A stretch of 20,561 nt of DNA, taken from IMG/VR virus record IMGVR_UViG_2808606499_000001. One strand, written 5' to 3'. Each line of letters begins with the position of its first letter. Within the stretch, counting starts at the first letter, position 1. Made by a program: the position numbers and the translations under genes. The notes below the pieces were generated by a model. The model was not told the origin of the DNA, made no database searches, and saw nothing but the letters and a program-made list of their open reading frames with translations. Positions 1 through 11,659 of the stretch are shown here, in pieces. The DNA comes from an uncultured virus (IMG/VR IMGVR_UViG_2808606499_000001). Lineage: Duplodnaviria; Heunggongvirae; Uroviricota; Caudoviricetes.

Positions 1-1
1 C

Positions 2-2034
2 GAGCGCGCAGCCAACGTGCAGCGGGTCGAGAACGAGATCCTGGCCACGCGCCGGCAGACACTGACCCAGGCGGCCGCAGAATACCGCCAGCACATCGAC
101 GCGCTCAACGCCGAGGCGAACCGGCATCTGACCGAGATCCGGCGCATTGAGGACGAGAAGCGCCAGCTGTCGATGTCGACCGAGGAGCGCATCCGCGACA
201 TCCGCCGCGCGGGGCTATCGGACTACGAGGCCCAGGAGGACCGCAAACGCCAGATCGCGGAATACCAAGCCAGTGCGCGTGCAGCCTTGGCCAACGGCGA
301 ATTCGACCAGGCCCGCCAGCGCGCCAGCAAGGCCATGGACCTGGCTGCCCAGGTAGCGAGCACGCAATCGAGCGAAGCCAAGCGCGCGGAGGATGCGCGC
401 CGGCAGTCCGAGCAAGCCGTCTCGCAGGTGGCCCAATTGGAAGCTCAGGCCCGGGAGGCAACCGGCCGCAGGGAATACGCGCAGGCCGAAGCCCTGACAC
501 GGCAGGCGGACGAGCTGCGCGCCCAATCGGCACAGCAGGCCGCGGACGCCGACGCCCGGGCCGTACAGGGCAAGGCCGCCGTCAACGAAGCCATCGGCCG
601 GATCCGCGATTCGCAGGCGATCCTCAATCAGACGCTCGATGCAGAGGCCCAGGCGCACCAGCGCGCCGCGCAGTCGGCGGTGTCGGCCCGCCAGGGCATC
701 CAGCAGACGCTGGCGCAGACCGACAGCCAGATCGCCCAGCTGACCGCCAAGCTGCAGCAGGGTCTCAAGGTCACCATCGATGCGGACACCCAGCGCTTCG
801 ACAAGGCCATCGCCGACCTCGACAAAGCCCTGGCCGAGCGCGAGCGGCTGGTGGTCATCAAGGCTGATCTGGAGCAGGCCGAGAAGACGCTGCAGGACTA
901 CGAGCAGCGGCTCAAGGAAGGCAAGACGTTGCCGGTCGATGCCGACGTGTCCAAGGCGCTGGCGTCGCTGGATCGGCTCAACGCCTATGCTCGTGAGAAT
1001 TCACAGCTCGAGCTTCGCGTCGCCACCGAGAAGGCGCGCGCCGCCATCGCCAACGTCGAAGGCATGTTGCGGGCGCTGGACCGCGTGCAGACCGAGTCAC
1101 GCCACCGCGTCGCCAGCAACGTCGATGCCGTGCGCGTCGAGGTCCAGAGCCTGAACGGCATGAACACGTCATCCACCCACACGATTGCCGTGCGCCGGGT
1201 AGAGGCGAACGCCTTGGGAGGGGTGGTCGGTGGTGGCGTGCGGCAGTTTGCGGAGGGGGGACCAGTTGCGCCCGCCTTCCCGCGCATGACCGGCGGTTCG
1301 GTGCCGGGCACGGGCGACCAGGACACGGTGCCGCGCACGCTAGACGCCGGGGCGTTCGTGATCCGCAAGGCTGCTGTGCGCAAGTACGGCGCCGGGANNN
1401 NNNNNNNNNNNNNNNNNNNNNNNNNNNNNNNNNNNNNNNNNNNNNNNNNNNNGTTCGGGGGACGTGGTGGCGGCCAGCCGGGCGGAGCCAAGCGCAACCG
1501 CGATGTGGTCGAGGCCCGTCAGATGATCGAGCTCGGCCTGCAGGGCATGAGCGACTACACCTCCTGGGCGCAGCATCAGGGCGGCGCCTGGGTCAGTTCG
1601 GACATGCGCTCGCGCACGATGACGAACTACGGGAGGCAGGCTGAGCGCGACCGGCAGGCGCTCGATGCGCTGGCCGGGCGCAAGCAGCTGAGCGCCGCCG
1701 AGCGGCAGACCATCGAGCGCGTCAAGACGACCTGGCGCCAGGCCATGGCTCAGCCAATGCTGTGGGGCAAGGATCTGGAGCGCGACCTGCTCGACTACAT
1801 GGAGCAGCACCAGGGCGAGTTCTACCGCGACGGCGGTGTGGCGCCTTCCGACACGGTGCCCGCCATGCTGACGCCCGGCGAATACGTCGTAAACCGGCAG
1901 GCGGTGGAGCGCCACGGCGTGGCCTTCTTCGATGCCATCAACAACCTCGCGCTGCCGGCCCGCGCGCTGGCCAACACAGTCCGGGGCTACGCTACCGGCG
2001 GGCTCGTCCAGCCGCTGGCCGGCATGGCGGCCAG
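2..2034 (+). CDS. Phage tail tape measure protein, C-terminal part (open at window edge, 3' end lost in gap)
   Basis: Long Ala/Gln/Arg/Glu-rich helical ORF (track 17..) followed by typical TMP C-terminal motifs FAEGG...GTGDQDTVP..LDAGAFVIRKAAV, DGG..SDTVPAMLTPGEYVVNRQAV and YATGGLV; lies directly upstream of tail-tip-like genes. Frame is open from base 2. Confidence 0.85.
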
Positions 2035-2134
2035 NNNNNNNNNNNNNNNNNNNNNNNNNNNNNNNNNNNNNNNNNNNNNNNNNNNNNNNNNNNNNNNNNN
2101 NNNNNNNNNNNNNNNNNNNNNNNNNNNNNNNNNN

Positions 2135-2573
2135 CTGCTGGTCGAGTCGGCGGCCCGCCAGAAGGGGCGGCCCATCACGCTGGTGGGCGCCGCCGACATG
2201 GCCTGGGTGACCCGCGCGACGGTGAGCACGCTGTACGCGTGGGCGGCGACGCCGAGCCGCCAATTCGAACTGACCCTCACGGATGGCCGCGCCTTCACCG
2301 TGGCCTTCCGGCATCACGAAACCGCCATCGAGGCNNNNNNNNNNNNNNNNNNNNNNNNNNNNNNNNNNNNNNNNNNNNNNNNNNNNNNNNNNNNNNNNNN
2401 NNNNNNNNNNNNNNNNNNNNNNNNNNNNNNNNNNGACCCTCACGGATGGCCGCGCCTTCACCGTGGCCTTCCGGCATCACGAAACCGCCATCGAGGCCGA
2501 ACCAGTGACCGGCTTCCCGGCCCGGCGCGACGCCGACTTTTACCGATTGACCCTCCGTCTGATGGAGATTTGA
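2135..2573 (+). CDS. Small minor tail protein (distal-tail-like position), C-terminal part split over two overlapping contigs
   Basis: Reconstructed LLVESAARQKGRPITLVG...FELTLTDGRAFTVAFRHHETAIEAEPVTGFPARRDADFYRLTLRLMEI*; 2272-2334 repeats at 2435-2497; stop TGA abuts the next ATG; position after the TMP. Function inferred from synteny. Confidence 0.65.
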
Positions 2574-3523
2574 ATGCCGATTCTTTCCGGCGACGTGAAG
2601 CTGCTGGCTTCCGAGCGCCTGCTCGACACGCCTGACGGCGGCGGCCGCATGACCGGCCACGTCGTGGTCGACGGCCAGTCGAACAACCTGTTCCCGGACA
2701 TCTCCGAGCTCGACCGCACCTACGGGCGCGTGTCGTTGCGCAAATCCTTTGTCGGGGTGCTGACCGATTCGACCGACTCGTACTACGGCGCCCACGCCAT
2801 CCTCGCCGAGGCGCCAACCGATCCACGTGTCTCAGTCACGTTGTTCACCACCAAGTCGTGGACCGACCGGCGCGATGCCGCTAAGGACCGCGTCGAGCGA
2901 TACCTCGCGCGCGGCGTCAAATGGCCCGGCCAGTTGCTGGAGCGGCAGCTCACCGGCCAGCGTGCTATCACGCTGCTGCTGAAGCCTGCCGACGCCTTGC
3001 CACGCGTCGGGCAGGCGCTTGTGCTGGTGCAGGACGAAGCCAAACCGACCGAGACCGAGCAGTACGTGCGGGTCACGCGGATCACCACAACCGAGCGCGA
3101 ATTCACCGTCAGCGAAGGCGGCGGCACCGTCAAGTTCTCGGCGATCGTGGCGACCTGCGAGATCTCCGATCCGTTGCGCTACGACTTCGAGGGGCCGGCG
3201 CCGTCCAACCGCGACGACGTCTCGGCCAAGGCCGCGGTGCGCGACACGATCGTCGCCAACGCCGCGGTCTATTACGGCATCGCCCCCACCGTGGCGGAGG
3301 TGCGGGTGGGGGACCTGCGCGTGCAGGTGCCGGGCCTGTTCGGGCAACTGGTGCCGTCCGCCCAGTCGGAGACTCCGCTGGTGGACTTGAACGCCGCCGG
3401 CCAAGCGGTGCCGCTGCTGGAGAGCGGCAGCGGCGTGCTGACCTACACGGCCAACGGCCAGGTCGCCAGCGGCCGCAACCTCTACCTGGGCAATCCGCTG
3501 GTGCCGGGCAGCCTGCGCATCGC
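2574..3523 (+). CDS. Large phage virion structural (tail tip) protein, N-terminal fragment, allele A
   Basis: MPILSGDVKLLASERLLDTPDGGGRMTG...NNLFPDISELDRTYGRVSLRK N-terminus of a type I recognise from proteobacterial prophage tail modules; truncated by gap. Confidence 0.75.
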
Positions 3524-3623
3524 NNNNNNNNNNNNNNNNNNNNNNNNNNNNNNNNNNNNNNNNNNNNNNNNNNNNNNNNNNNNNNNNNNNNNNNNNNNNN
3601 NNNNNNNNNNNNNNNNNNNNNNN

Positions 3624-3762
3624 GACCCTCACGGATGGCCGCGCCTTCACCGTGGCCTTCCGGCATCACGAAACCGCCATCGAGGCTGAGCCGGTGACCG
3701 GTTTCCCGGCCCGGCGCGACGCCGATTTCTACCGATTGACCCTCCGTCTGATGGAGATCTGA
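3624..3762 (+). CDS. Second allele of the 3' end of the small minor tail protein gene
   Basis: Same peptide ...AEPVTGFPARRDADFYRLTLRLMEI* as 2435-2573 with synonymous changes. Confidence 0.65.
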
Positions 3763-5345
3763 ATGCCGATTCTTTCCGGCGACGTGAAGCTGCTCGCCGC
3801 CGAGCGCCTGCTCGACACCCCCGACGGCGGCGGTCGCATGACCGGCCACGTCGTGGTCGACGGCCAGTCCAACAACCTGTTCCCCGACATCTCCGAGCTC
3901 GACCGCACCTACGGGCGTGTGTCGCTGCGCAAGTCCTTTGTCGGGGTGCTGACCGATTCGACCGATTCCTACTACGGCGCCCACGCGATCCTCGCCGAAG
4001 CGCCGACCGATCCGCGCGTGTCGGTCACGCTCTTCACCACCAAGTCATGGACCGACCGGCGCGATGCCGCCAAGGATCGTGTCGAGCGGTATCTCGCCCG
4101 CGGCGTCAAATGGCCCGGCCAACTGCTGGAACGGCAGCTCACCGGCCAGCGCGCCATCACGCTACTGTTGAAGCCGTCTGATTCGCTGCCGCGCGTCGGG
4201 CAGGCGCTCGTGTTGGTGCAGGACGAGGCCAAGCCGACCGAGACCGAGCAGTACGTGCGGGTCACGCGGATCACCACAACCGAGCGCGAGTTCACGGTGA
4301 GCGAGGGCGGCAGCACCGTCAAGTTCTCCGCCATCGTGGCGACCTGCGAGATCTCCGATCCGTTGCGCTACGACTTCGAGGGGCCGGCGCCCTCCAACCG
4401 TGACGACGTCTCGGCCAAGGCCGTGGTGCGCGACACGATCGTCGCCAACGCCGCCGTCTACTACGGCATCGCGCCCACCGTGGCCGAGGCGCGAGTGGGG
4501 GACCTGCGCGTGCAGGTGCCGGGCCTTTTCGGGCAACTGGTGCCGTCCGCCCAGTCGGAGACGCCGCTGGTGGACCTGAACGCCGCCGGCCAGGCGGTGC
4601 NNNNNNNNNNNNNNNNNNNNNNNNNNNNNNNNNNNNNNNNNNNNNNNNNGGTCGCCAGCGGCCGCAACCTCTACCTGGGCAATCCGCTGGTGCCGGGCAG
4701 CCTGCGCATCGCGGGTGGTGGCTACACGTTCACCGATGCGGCGGGCCAACTCAAGTCGGGCACGAGCACCATCGGCACGGTCGACTACGCCCGGGGTCTG
4801 GTGGCTTTCAAGGACGGCACGCCGGGATACGGCGGGGATTTCCAGGTCAGCTTCCGGCCGGCGGGCGCCCCCACCCGCGTGGCCGACACCGCCGCGATCG
4901 GCATCGCCCAGGAGAACCGCGGCTACGCCTACACCATCACCCTGTCGCCGCCGCCCAAACCGGGGGCGCTGATCGTGTCCTACATGGCGCAGGGCAAGTG
5001 GTATGACCTGCGTGACCAGGGTGACGGCGCGATTCGCGGCAGCGATTCGTCTTTCGGGGCCGGGACGCTGGACTATGTGACCGGCTCGGTGATCCTCACA
5101 ACCGGCGCGCTGCCGGACGCCAATACGGCCATCCTCTTCGCCTGGGGGAGTGCGGCCAGCTACTTCAACCGGGTCGCGGCGCCGGTAGAGCCACCCACCG
5201 TGCGCCACACCGTGGCACATCCAGGCATCGCGCCGGGCACCGTGCGTATCACGTGGACGGACGGCGCGCGCCAGCGCGTGGCCACCGACGACGGGCACGG
5301 GGTGATCACGGGTGACGGATCCGGCACCGTGCGCTATGCGCGCGG
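3763..5345 (+). CDS. Large phage virion structural protein, N-terminal half, allele B
   Basis: Near-identical protein to 2574.. (e.g. LLASER vs LLAAER, PADAL vs PSDSL); continues into G-T-x-D-Y-x-x-G repeat domains. Confidence 0.75.
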
Positions 5346-5445
5346 NNNNNNNNNNNNNNNNNNNNNNNNNNNNNNNNNNNNNNNNNNNNNNNNNNNNNNN
5401 NNNNNNNNNNNNNNNNNNNNNNNNNNNNNNNNNNNNNNNNNNNNN

Positions 5446-7282
5446 GGTCGCCAGCGGCCGCAACCTCTACCTGGGCAATCCGCTGGTGCCGGGCAGCCTG
5501 CGCATCGCCGGTGGCGGCTACACGTTCACCGATGCGGCGGGCCAGCTCAAGTCCGGCACGAGCACGATCGGCACGGTCGACTACGCTCGGGGTCTGGTGG
5601 CCTTCAAGGAGGGCACGCCGGGAAACGGCGGGGATTTCCAGGTCAGCTTCCGGCCCGCTGGCGCTCCCACCCGCGTAGCCGACACCGCCGCGATCGGCAT
5701 CGCCCAGGAGAACCGGGGCTACGCCTACACCATCACCCTGTCGCCGCCCCCCAAGCCGGGGGCGCTGATCGTGTCCTACATGGCGCAGGGCAAGTGGTAT
5801 GACCTGCGTGACCAGGGCGACGGGGCGATCCGGGGCAGCGATTCCTCCTTCGGGGCCGGGACCCTGGACTACGTGACAGGCTCGGTGATCCTCACCACTG
5901 GCGCGCTACCGGACGCCAATACGGCCATCCTCTTTGCTTGGGGCAGCGCGGCCAGCTACTTCAACCGGGTCGCGGCGCCGGTGGAACCACCCACCGTGCG
6001 CCACACCGTGGCCCATCCAGGCATCGCGCCGGGCACGCTGCGTATCACGTNNNNNNNNNNNNNNNNNNNNNNNNNNNNNNNNNNNNNNNNNNNNNNNNNN
6101 NNNNNNNNNNNNNNNNNNNNNNNNNNNNNNNNNNNNNNNNNNNNNNNNNNTGGTGCGGAACTGACCATCGACTACGAGTGGGGCCCGCCGCAGGAAGCGA
6201 ACTTCGCGCACCCACTGCGCAACGCCGACGGCACCGTCACCGTCCGCCTGCCGCAGACCGACGTCCGTCCGAACACGGTCGAGCTCGAGTTCAACCTGCT
6301 GATCGAGAACTACCAGTCGATCTCGGGCACGCCCGCCGAGATGCAGGTGGTGCAGCGCGTCGACCCGATCAAGATCGCCCGTGACACTGGCGGCGGCGCG
6401 TTTGATGCCGCCGTGGTCGGTCGGATCGACTACGCCACCGGCACCATCACCTTCCGGCCCGACACGACGGTCAACATCCCGTTGGCGCGCTACAGCGTGC
6501 AGCAGCTGGGCTGGACGGTGGAGGGCAACGAGCGCCGTCCGGTCTACCGCAATACCTTCAGCCACTGGGAATACAAGCCAGCCGGCGCGGCGATGCCCAT
6601 CGATGACTCGGGCTACGTCAAGGTCCGCTATCGCGCCGTCGACGCGGCGAACGCGGCGACCGAGACCGTGACGCTCGCGCAGCTGGAGGTCGACCTGACC
6701 GACCGCTACGCCGAGGCCATCGTGCCCGGCAGCCTCCGCTTTGGCTTGGGCGGCAAGGTCTACGTGGATCGGCTGGGCACGCTGGTGACCGACATCAACG
6801 CCAACACCGGGGCGGGCACCCAGGCCGGCACAATCGACTACGCCTCGGGCCGGGCGCTGCTCACCGTATGGCAGCCGGGCGCCGGCAACGTGGTGTCAAT
6901 GCAGTCCTTGCTGACCGAGCTCGGTGGCCAGCCGGTCGATGAGGTGGTTTTCCGCGTGCCGGCGGCGCCCGTGCGGCCCGGCAGCCTGCAGATCCGGGCG
7001 GTGCCGCTGACAGGCGGTCAGATCACGGCCACCGCCAACGCCGACGGCACCATCGCGGCTGCAGGCATGCTCGGCACAGTGGACTACCAGACCGGCGTGG
7101 TGCGCGTGCGCTTCGGGCGCTTCATGCCCGCCGCTGGTCGGGAANCAGGCGACACGCTGGACGTTGGCCGCGTACGCCTGTCCACCCTGCGGGTACTGGA
7201 CGCCGATGGCAAGCCGCTCTCCACGGATCGGTACACCGCCGATCTCGATGCCGGCACGGTGACGCTCAAGGCATCGCCCGCC
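5446..7282 (+). CDS. Large phage virion structural protein, middle fragments
   Basis: 5446-6050 repeats 4650 onward as the alternative allele; 6151-7144 continues the protein; the single N at 7145 joins to a downstream piece. Confidence 0.7.
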
Positions 7283-7382
7283 NNNNNNNNNNNNNNNNNN
7301 NNNNNNNNNNNNNNNNNNNNNNNNNNNNNNNNNNNNNNNNNNNNNNNNNNNNNNNNNNNNNNNNNNNNNNNNNNNNNNNNNN

Positions 7383-10087
7383 TGGTGCGGAACTGACCAT
7401 CGACTACGAGTGGGGCCCGCCGCAGGAAGCGAACTTCGCGCACCCGCTGCGCAACGCCGATGGCACCGTCACGGTCCGGCTGGCGCAGACCGACATCCGC
7501 CCGAACACGGTCGAGCTCGAGTTCAACCTGCTGATCGAGAACTACCAGTCGATCTCGGGCACGCCCGCCGAGATGCAGGTGGTGCAGCGCGTTGACCCGA
7601 TCAAGATCGCGCGTGACACCGGGGCTGGAGCGTTCGATAGCGCCGTAGTGGGCCGGATCGACTACGCCACCGGCACCATCACCTTCCGGCCCGACACGAC
7701 GGTCAACATCCCGTTCGCGCGCTACAGCGTGCAGCAGCTGGGCTGGACAGTGGAGGGCAACGAGCGCCGTCCGGTCTACCGCAATACCTTCAGCCACTGG
7801 GAGTACAAGCCGGCCGGTGCGGCGATGCCCATCGATGAGTCGGGCTACGTCAAGGTGCGCTACCGCGCGGCCGACGCGGCGAACGCGGCGACCGAGACGG
7901 TGACGCTCGCGCAGCTGGAAGTCGACCTTACCGACCACTACGCCGAAGCCATCGTGCCCGGCAGCGTCCGCTTCGGCCTGGGCGGCAAGGTCTACGTGGA
8001 CCGGCTGGGCTCGTTGGTGACCGACATCAACGCCAACACCGGGGCGGGCACCCAGGCCGGCACCATCGACTACGCCTCGGGCCGGGCGTTGCTGACCGTG
8101 TGGCAACCGGGCGCCGGCAACGTGGTGTCGATGCAGTCGCTGCTGACCGAACTGGGTGGCCAGCCGGTCGACGAGGTGACCTTCCGCGNNNNNNNNNNNN
8201 NNNNNNNNNNNNNNCGGGCAGCCTGCAGATCCGCGCCGTGCCCCTGACCGGTGGCCAGATCACGGCCACCGCCAACGCGGACGGCACCATCGCGGCTGCA
8301 GGCATGCTCGGCACGGTGGACTACCAAACAGGCGTGGTGCACGTGCGGTTCGGGCGCTTCGTGCCCGCCGCTGGCCGGGAGGGCGAGATCTGGTACAGCG
8401 TCGATGCCGTGCGCAACGGCCAGATCTTCCAGCCACTGCCGGTGNNNNNNNNNNNNNNNNNNNNNNNNNNNNNNNNNNNNNNNNNNNNNNNNNNNNNNNN
8501 NNNNNNNNNNNNNNNNNNNNNNNNNNNNNNNNNNNNNNNNNNNNGGCGAGATCTGGTACAGCGTCGATGCCGTGCGCAACGGCCAGATCTTCCAGCCACT
8601 GCCGGTGCTGGCCGACACGCTGCGCTTCAACGCGGTGGCTTTCACGTACCTGCCACTGTCGGCGGACGTGCTTGGACTCGATCCGGTCCGGCTGCCGCTT
8701 GATGGCAAGGTGCCGATCTTCCGGCCGGGGGACGTGGCTGTGGTGCATCACACCGCGACCACGCCGTTTCCCGCCAATGCGCGCGCAGGCGACACGCTGG
8801 ACGTTGGCCGCGTACGCCTGTCCACCCTGCGGGTACTGGACNNNNNNNNNNNNNNNNNNNNNNNNNNNNNNTCCACGGATCGGTACACCGCCGATCTCGA
8901 TGCCGGCACGGTGACGCTCAAGGCATCGCCCGCCGGTCTGGCCCAGCCGCTGGTGGCCGAACACCGTATCGAAGACATGGGCCTGATCTCGGACACGCAG
9001 ATCAACGGCGTGCTAACGCTCACNNNNNNNNNNNNNNNNNNNNNNNNNNNNNNNNNNNNNNNNNNNNNNNNNNNNNNNNNNNNNNNNNNNNNNNNNNNNN
9101 NNNNNNNNNNNNNNNNNNNNNNNACACCGTATCGAAGACATGGGCCTGATCTCGGACACGCAGATCAACGGCGTGCTAACGCTCACCCGGCCACTCACGC
9201 ACGACTATCCCGCGCGCGAAGCGCGGGTGTCGTCGGCACTGATCATCGGCNNNNNNNNNNNNNNNNNNNNNNNNNNNNNNNNNNNNNNNNNNNNNNNNNN
9301 NNNNNNNNNNNNNNNNNNNNNNNNNNNNNNNNNNNNNNNNNNNNNNNNNNACACCGTATCGAAGACATGGGCCTGATCTCGGACACGCAGATCAACGGCG
9401 TGCTAACGCTCACGCGGCCACTCACGCACGACTATCCCGCGCGCGAAGCGCGGGTGTCGTCGGCACTGATCATCGGCNNNNNNNNNNNNNNNNNNNNNNN
9501 NNNNNNNNNNNNNNNNNNNNNNNNNNNNNNNNNNNNNNNNNNNNNNNNNNNNNNNNNNNNNNNNNNNNNNNNNNNNNCGGCCACTCACGCACGACTATCC
9601 CGCGCGCGAAGCGCGGGTGTCGTCGGCACTGATCATCGGCGACCTGCAGGCCCGCGCCCACACGCTGTTCGCGCAGCAGACCTGGACGGGGGAGTGGAAG
9701 GACGTGCGCATCGGCGCCAACACCATCGCCCAGTACAACGAGACGGTGTACCCGGTGGCGGTCACCAATCGCGGAAGCATTGAAGAGCGCTGGGCGCTGA
9801 TCTTTACCAACACCAACGAGTTCCGCGTGGTCGGCGAGTCGGTCGGGCAGATCGCCGTGGGCAACACCGCCACGGATCTCGCACCGATCAATCCCGAGAC
9901 CCACGCGCCGTATTTCACGCTGCGCGCGGGTGGCTGGGGCTCGGGCTGGGCCGCCGGCAATGTGCTGCGCCTCTCCACTGCGGCAGCCAACTTCCCTGTG
10001 TGGGTCGCGCGCACGACGCTGCAGGGGCCTGCCACGCAGGCGAGCGATTCCTTCCAGATCCAGATTCGCGGCGACATCGATCGCTGA
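7383..10087 (+). CDS. Large phage virion structural protein, middle and C-terminal fragments ending ...SDSFQIQIRGDIDR*
   Basis: Overlapping contigs tile one continuous protein (GEIWYSVDAV...LGLDPVRLPLDGKVPIFRPGD...HRIEDMGLISD...ERWALIF...GWGSGWAAGNVLR); stop at 10085-10087. The whole gene reconstructs to roughly 1200-1300 aa (hand estimate). Confidence 0.7.
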
Positions 10088-10261
10088 CTTNNNNNNNNNN
10101 NNNNNNNNNNNNNNNNNNNNNNNNNNNNNNNNNNNNNNNNNNNNNNNNNNNNNNNNNNNNNNNNNNNNNNNNNNNNNNNNNNNNNNNNNNCCTGCCACGC
10201 AGGCGAGCGATTCCTTCCAGATCCAGATTCGCGGCGACATCGATCGCTGACTTTTATCTCC

Positions 10262-11428
10262 ATGACCATCAAGTATTTCCAGTCCAACCAGACCGGTGCA
10301 CCGCAACTGAGCGGCCAGCGCGGGACCCTGATCGCCGTGCTCAACGCCTGTCTCGGTAACGGCTTCAACCTGCGCACGCTGACCGCGATCACCCGCGAGG
10401 GCACGGTGGCGACCGGCACGGCGGACGCGGGCCACGGCTTCCGCGAGGACGACATCGTGCTGATCGCGGGGGCCAACGAGGCGGCGTACAACGGCGAGCA
10501 CCGCATCCGCAATGTGACCACCAACACGTTCCAGTTCGACGTCGCGGCCGAGGCGGCTGAGCGTGCCACCGGGGCCATCACCGCGAAGATCGCGCCACTG
10601 GGGTGGGAGATGCCGTTCTCGGGCGAGGACCGCGCGGCCTACCGGTCGCGCGACGTGACCAGCAATCGCCTGTTCCTGCGCATCGACGAGACGCCGCTCG
10701 CGGGCGACGGCAACTACGGGCGCGGCCCGCGCACGGTGCTGGCGCAGATGTGGGAAGTGCTCAACGACGTCGACAACGGCAAGGGAAAGGCCGAGACGAT
10801 GTGGCGCAAGGCACAGAACGACAACGCGACGACGCGCCCCTGGGTGCTGGTGGGCGACAGCAAACGCTTCTGGCTGATGGTGAACTGGAGCGAGAGCTAC
10901 CCGAACCGCTACGCGCCGTACTTCTTTGGCGACTACCCGTCCTTCAAGGCGGGCGATGCCTACGACACGATGATCGCCGGCTACTACGACCTGAACATCA
11001 ATTGGGCCGAACCTTCCAGCAACCTCGTCACGGACAACGTCTACTCGGTCGGATCGGGTGTCGGCAACACGGGCATCTGGCTGGCGCGCGGGTATTCGCA
11101 GCTGGGCGGTCGCATCAACGCACAGTGGGTCAGCGCCCCGGCGGGCGGGGGCAGCACGGGCCTTGGGGCCACCGCCGTGCCCTACCCGAACCCGGCCGAC
11201 AACGGCATCTACGTGATGCCGCTGATGATTCAGGAGCAGACCGGCCCGTCGCTGCGCGGCCGGCTGCCGGGCTTGCTGTGTCCGCTGCAGTCGATCCCTG
11301 CGCCGGAGCCGTGGCGTTTCCCGGGCTTCGTGATCGACGGCACGCAGCGTGAGCTGCTGGTGGTCAATGGCGCGGCCAGCAACGGCAACGCGCGCCTGGC
11401 CTTCGATCTGACCGGTCCGTGGGACTGA
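10262..11428 (+). CDS. Putative tail fibre/receptor-binding protein, allele A (388 aa, intact)
   Basis: Complete ORF; N-terminus GAPQLSGQRGTLIAVLNACL-x-NGF plus a small beta domain (HGF...V.IAGA....YNG...I...T..TF.F) typical of phage tail proteins; tail-module synteny. RBP role is inference. Confidence 0.7.
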   Translation: MTIKYFQSNQTGAPQLSGQRGTLIAVLNACLGNGFNLRTLTAITREGTVATGTADAGHGFREDDIVLIAGANEAAYNGEHRIRNVTTNTFQFDVAAEAAERATGAITAKIAPLGWEMPFSGEDRAAYRSRDVTSNRLFLRIDETPLAGDGNYGRGPRTVLAQMWEVLNDVDNGKGKAETMWRKAQNDNATTRPWVLVGDSKRFWLMVNWSESYPNRYAPYFFGDYPSFKAGDAYDTMIAGYYDLNINWAEPSSNLVTDNVYSVGSGVGNTGIWLARGYSQLGGRINAQWVSAPAGGGSTGLGATAVPYPNPADNGIYVMPLMIQEQTGPSLRGRLPGLLCPLQSIPAPEPWRFPGFVIDGTQRELLVVNGAASNGNARLAFDLTGPWD

Positions 11429-11431
11429 TCC

Positions 11432-11488
11432 ATGGCCGGTGAAATCCCACGGGTCGTCGGCCCGCCCAGCCGGGTGTCGCCCGGTGCC
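11432..11488 (+). CDS. Duplicate N-terminal fragment of the small tail protein gene starting at 12830
   Basis: MAGEIPRVVGPPSRVSPGA identical to 12830-12886; contig-end overlap. Confidence 0.5.
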
Positions 11489-11659
11489 NNNNNNNNNNNN
11501 NNNNNNNNNNNNNNNNNNNNNNNNNNNNNNNNNNNNNNNNNNNNNNNNNNNNNNNNNNNNNNNNNNNNNNNNNNNNNNNNNNNNNNNNCCTGCCACGCAG
11601 GCGAGCGATTCCTTCCAGATCCAGATTCGCGGCGACATCGATCGCTGACTTCTATCTCC

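Noticed and set aside
17..2635. 872-aa TMP-tail fusion and other gap-spanning ORFs or apparent frameshifts and pseudogenes
   Set aside because: Frames across fixed 100-N gaps are arbitrary; no internal stops are seen within contigs.
7140..7282. In-frame deletion variant of the large virion protein at the single N (7145)
   Set aside because: The N marks a scaffold join that skips sequence present at about 8545-8785; there is no evidence of a real deletion.
8872..9640. Regularly spaced direct repeats resembling a CRISPR or tandem array
   Set aside because: These are coding sequence repeated by 63-nt contig overlaps and a 127-nt SNP bubble; the apparent spacers are N gaps.
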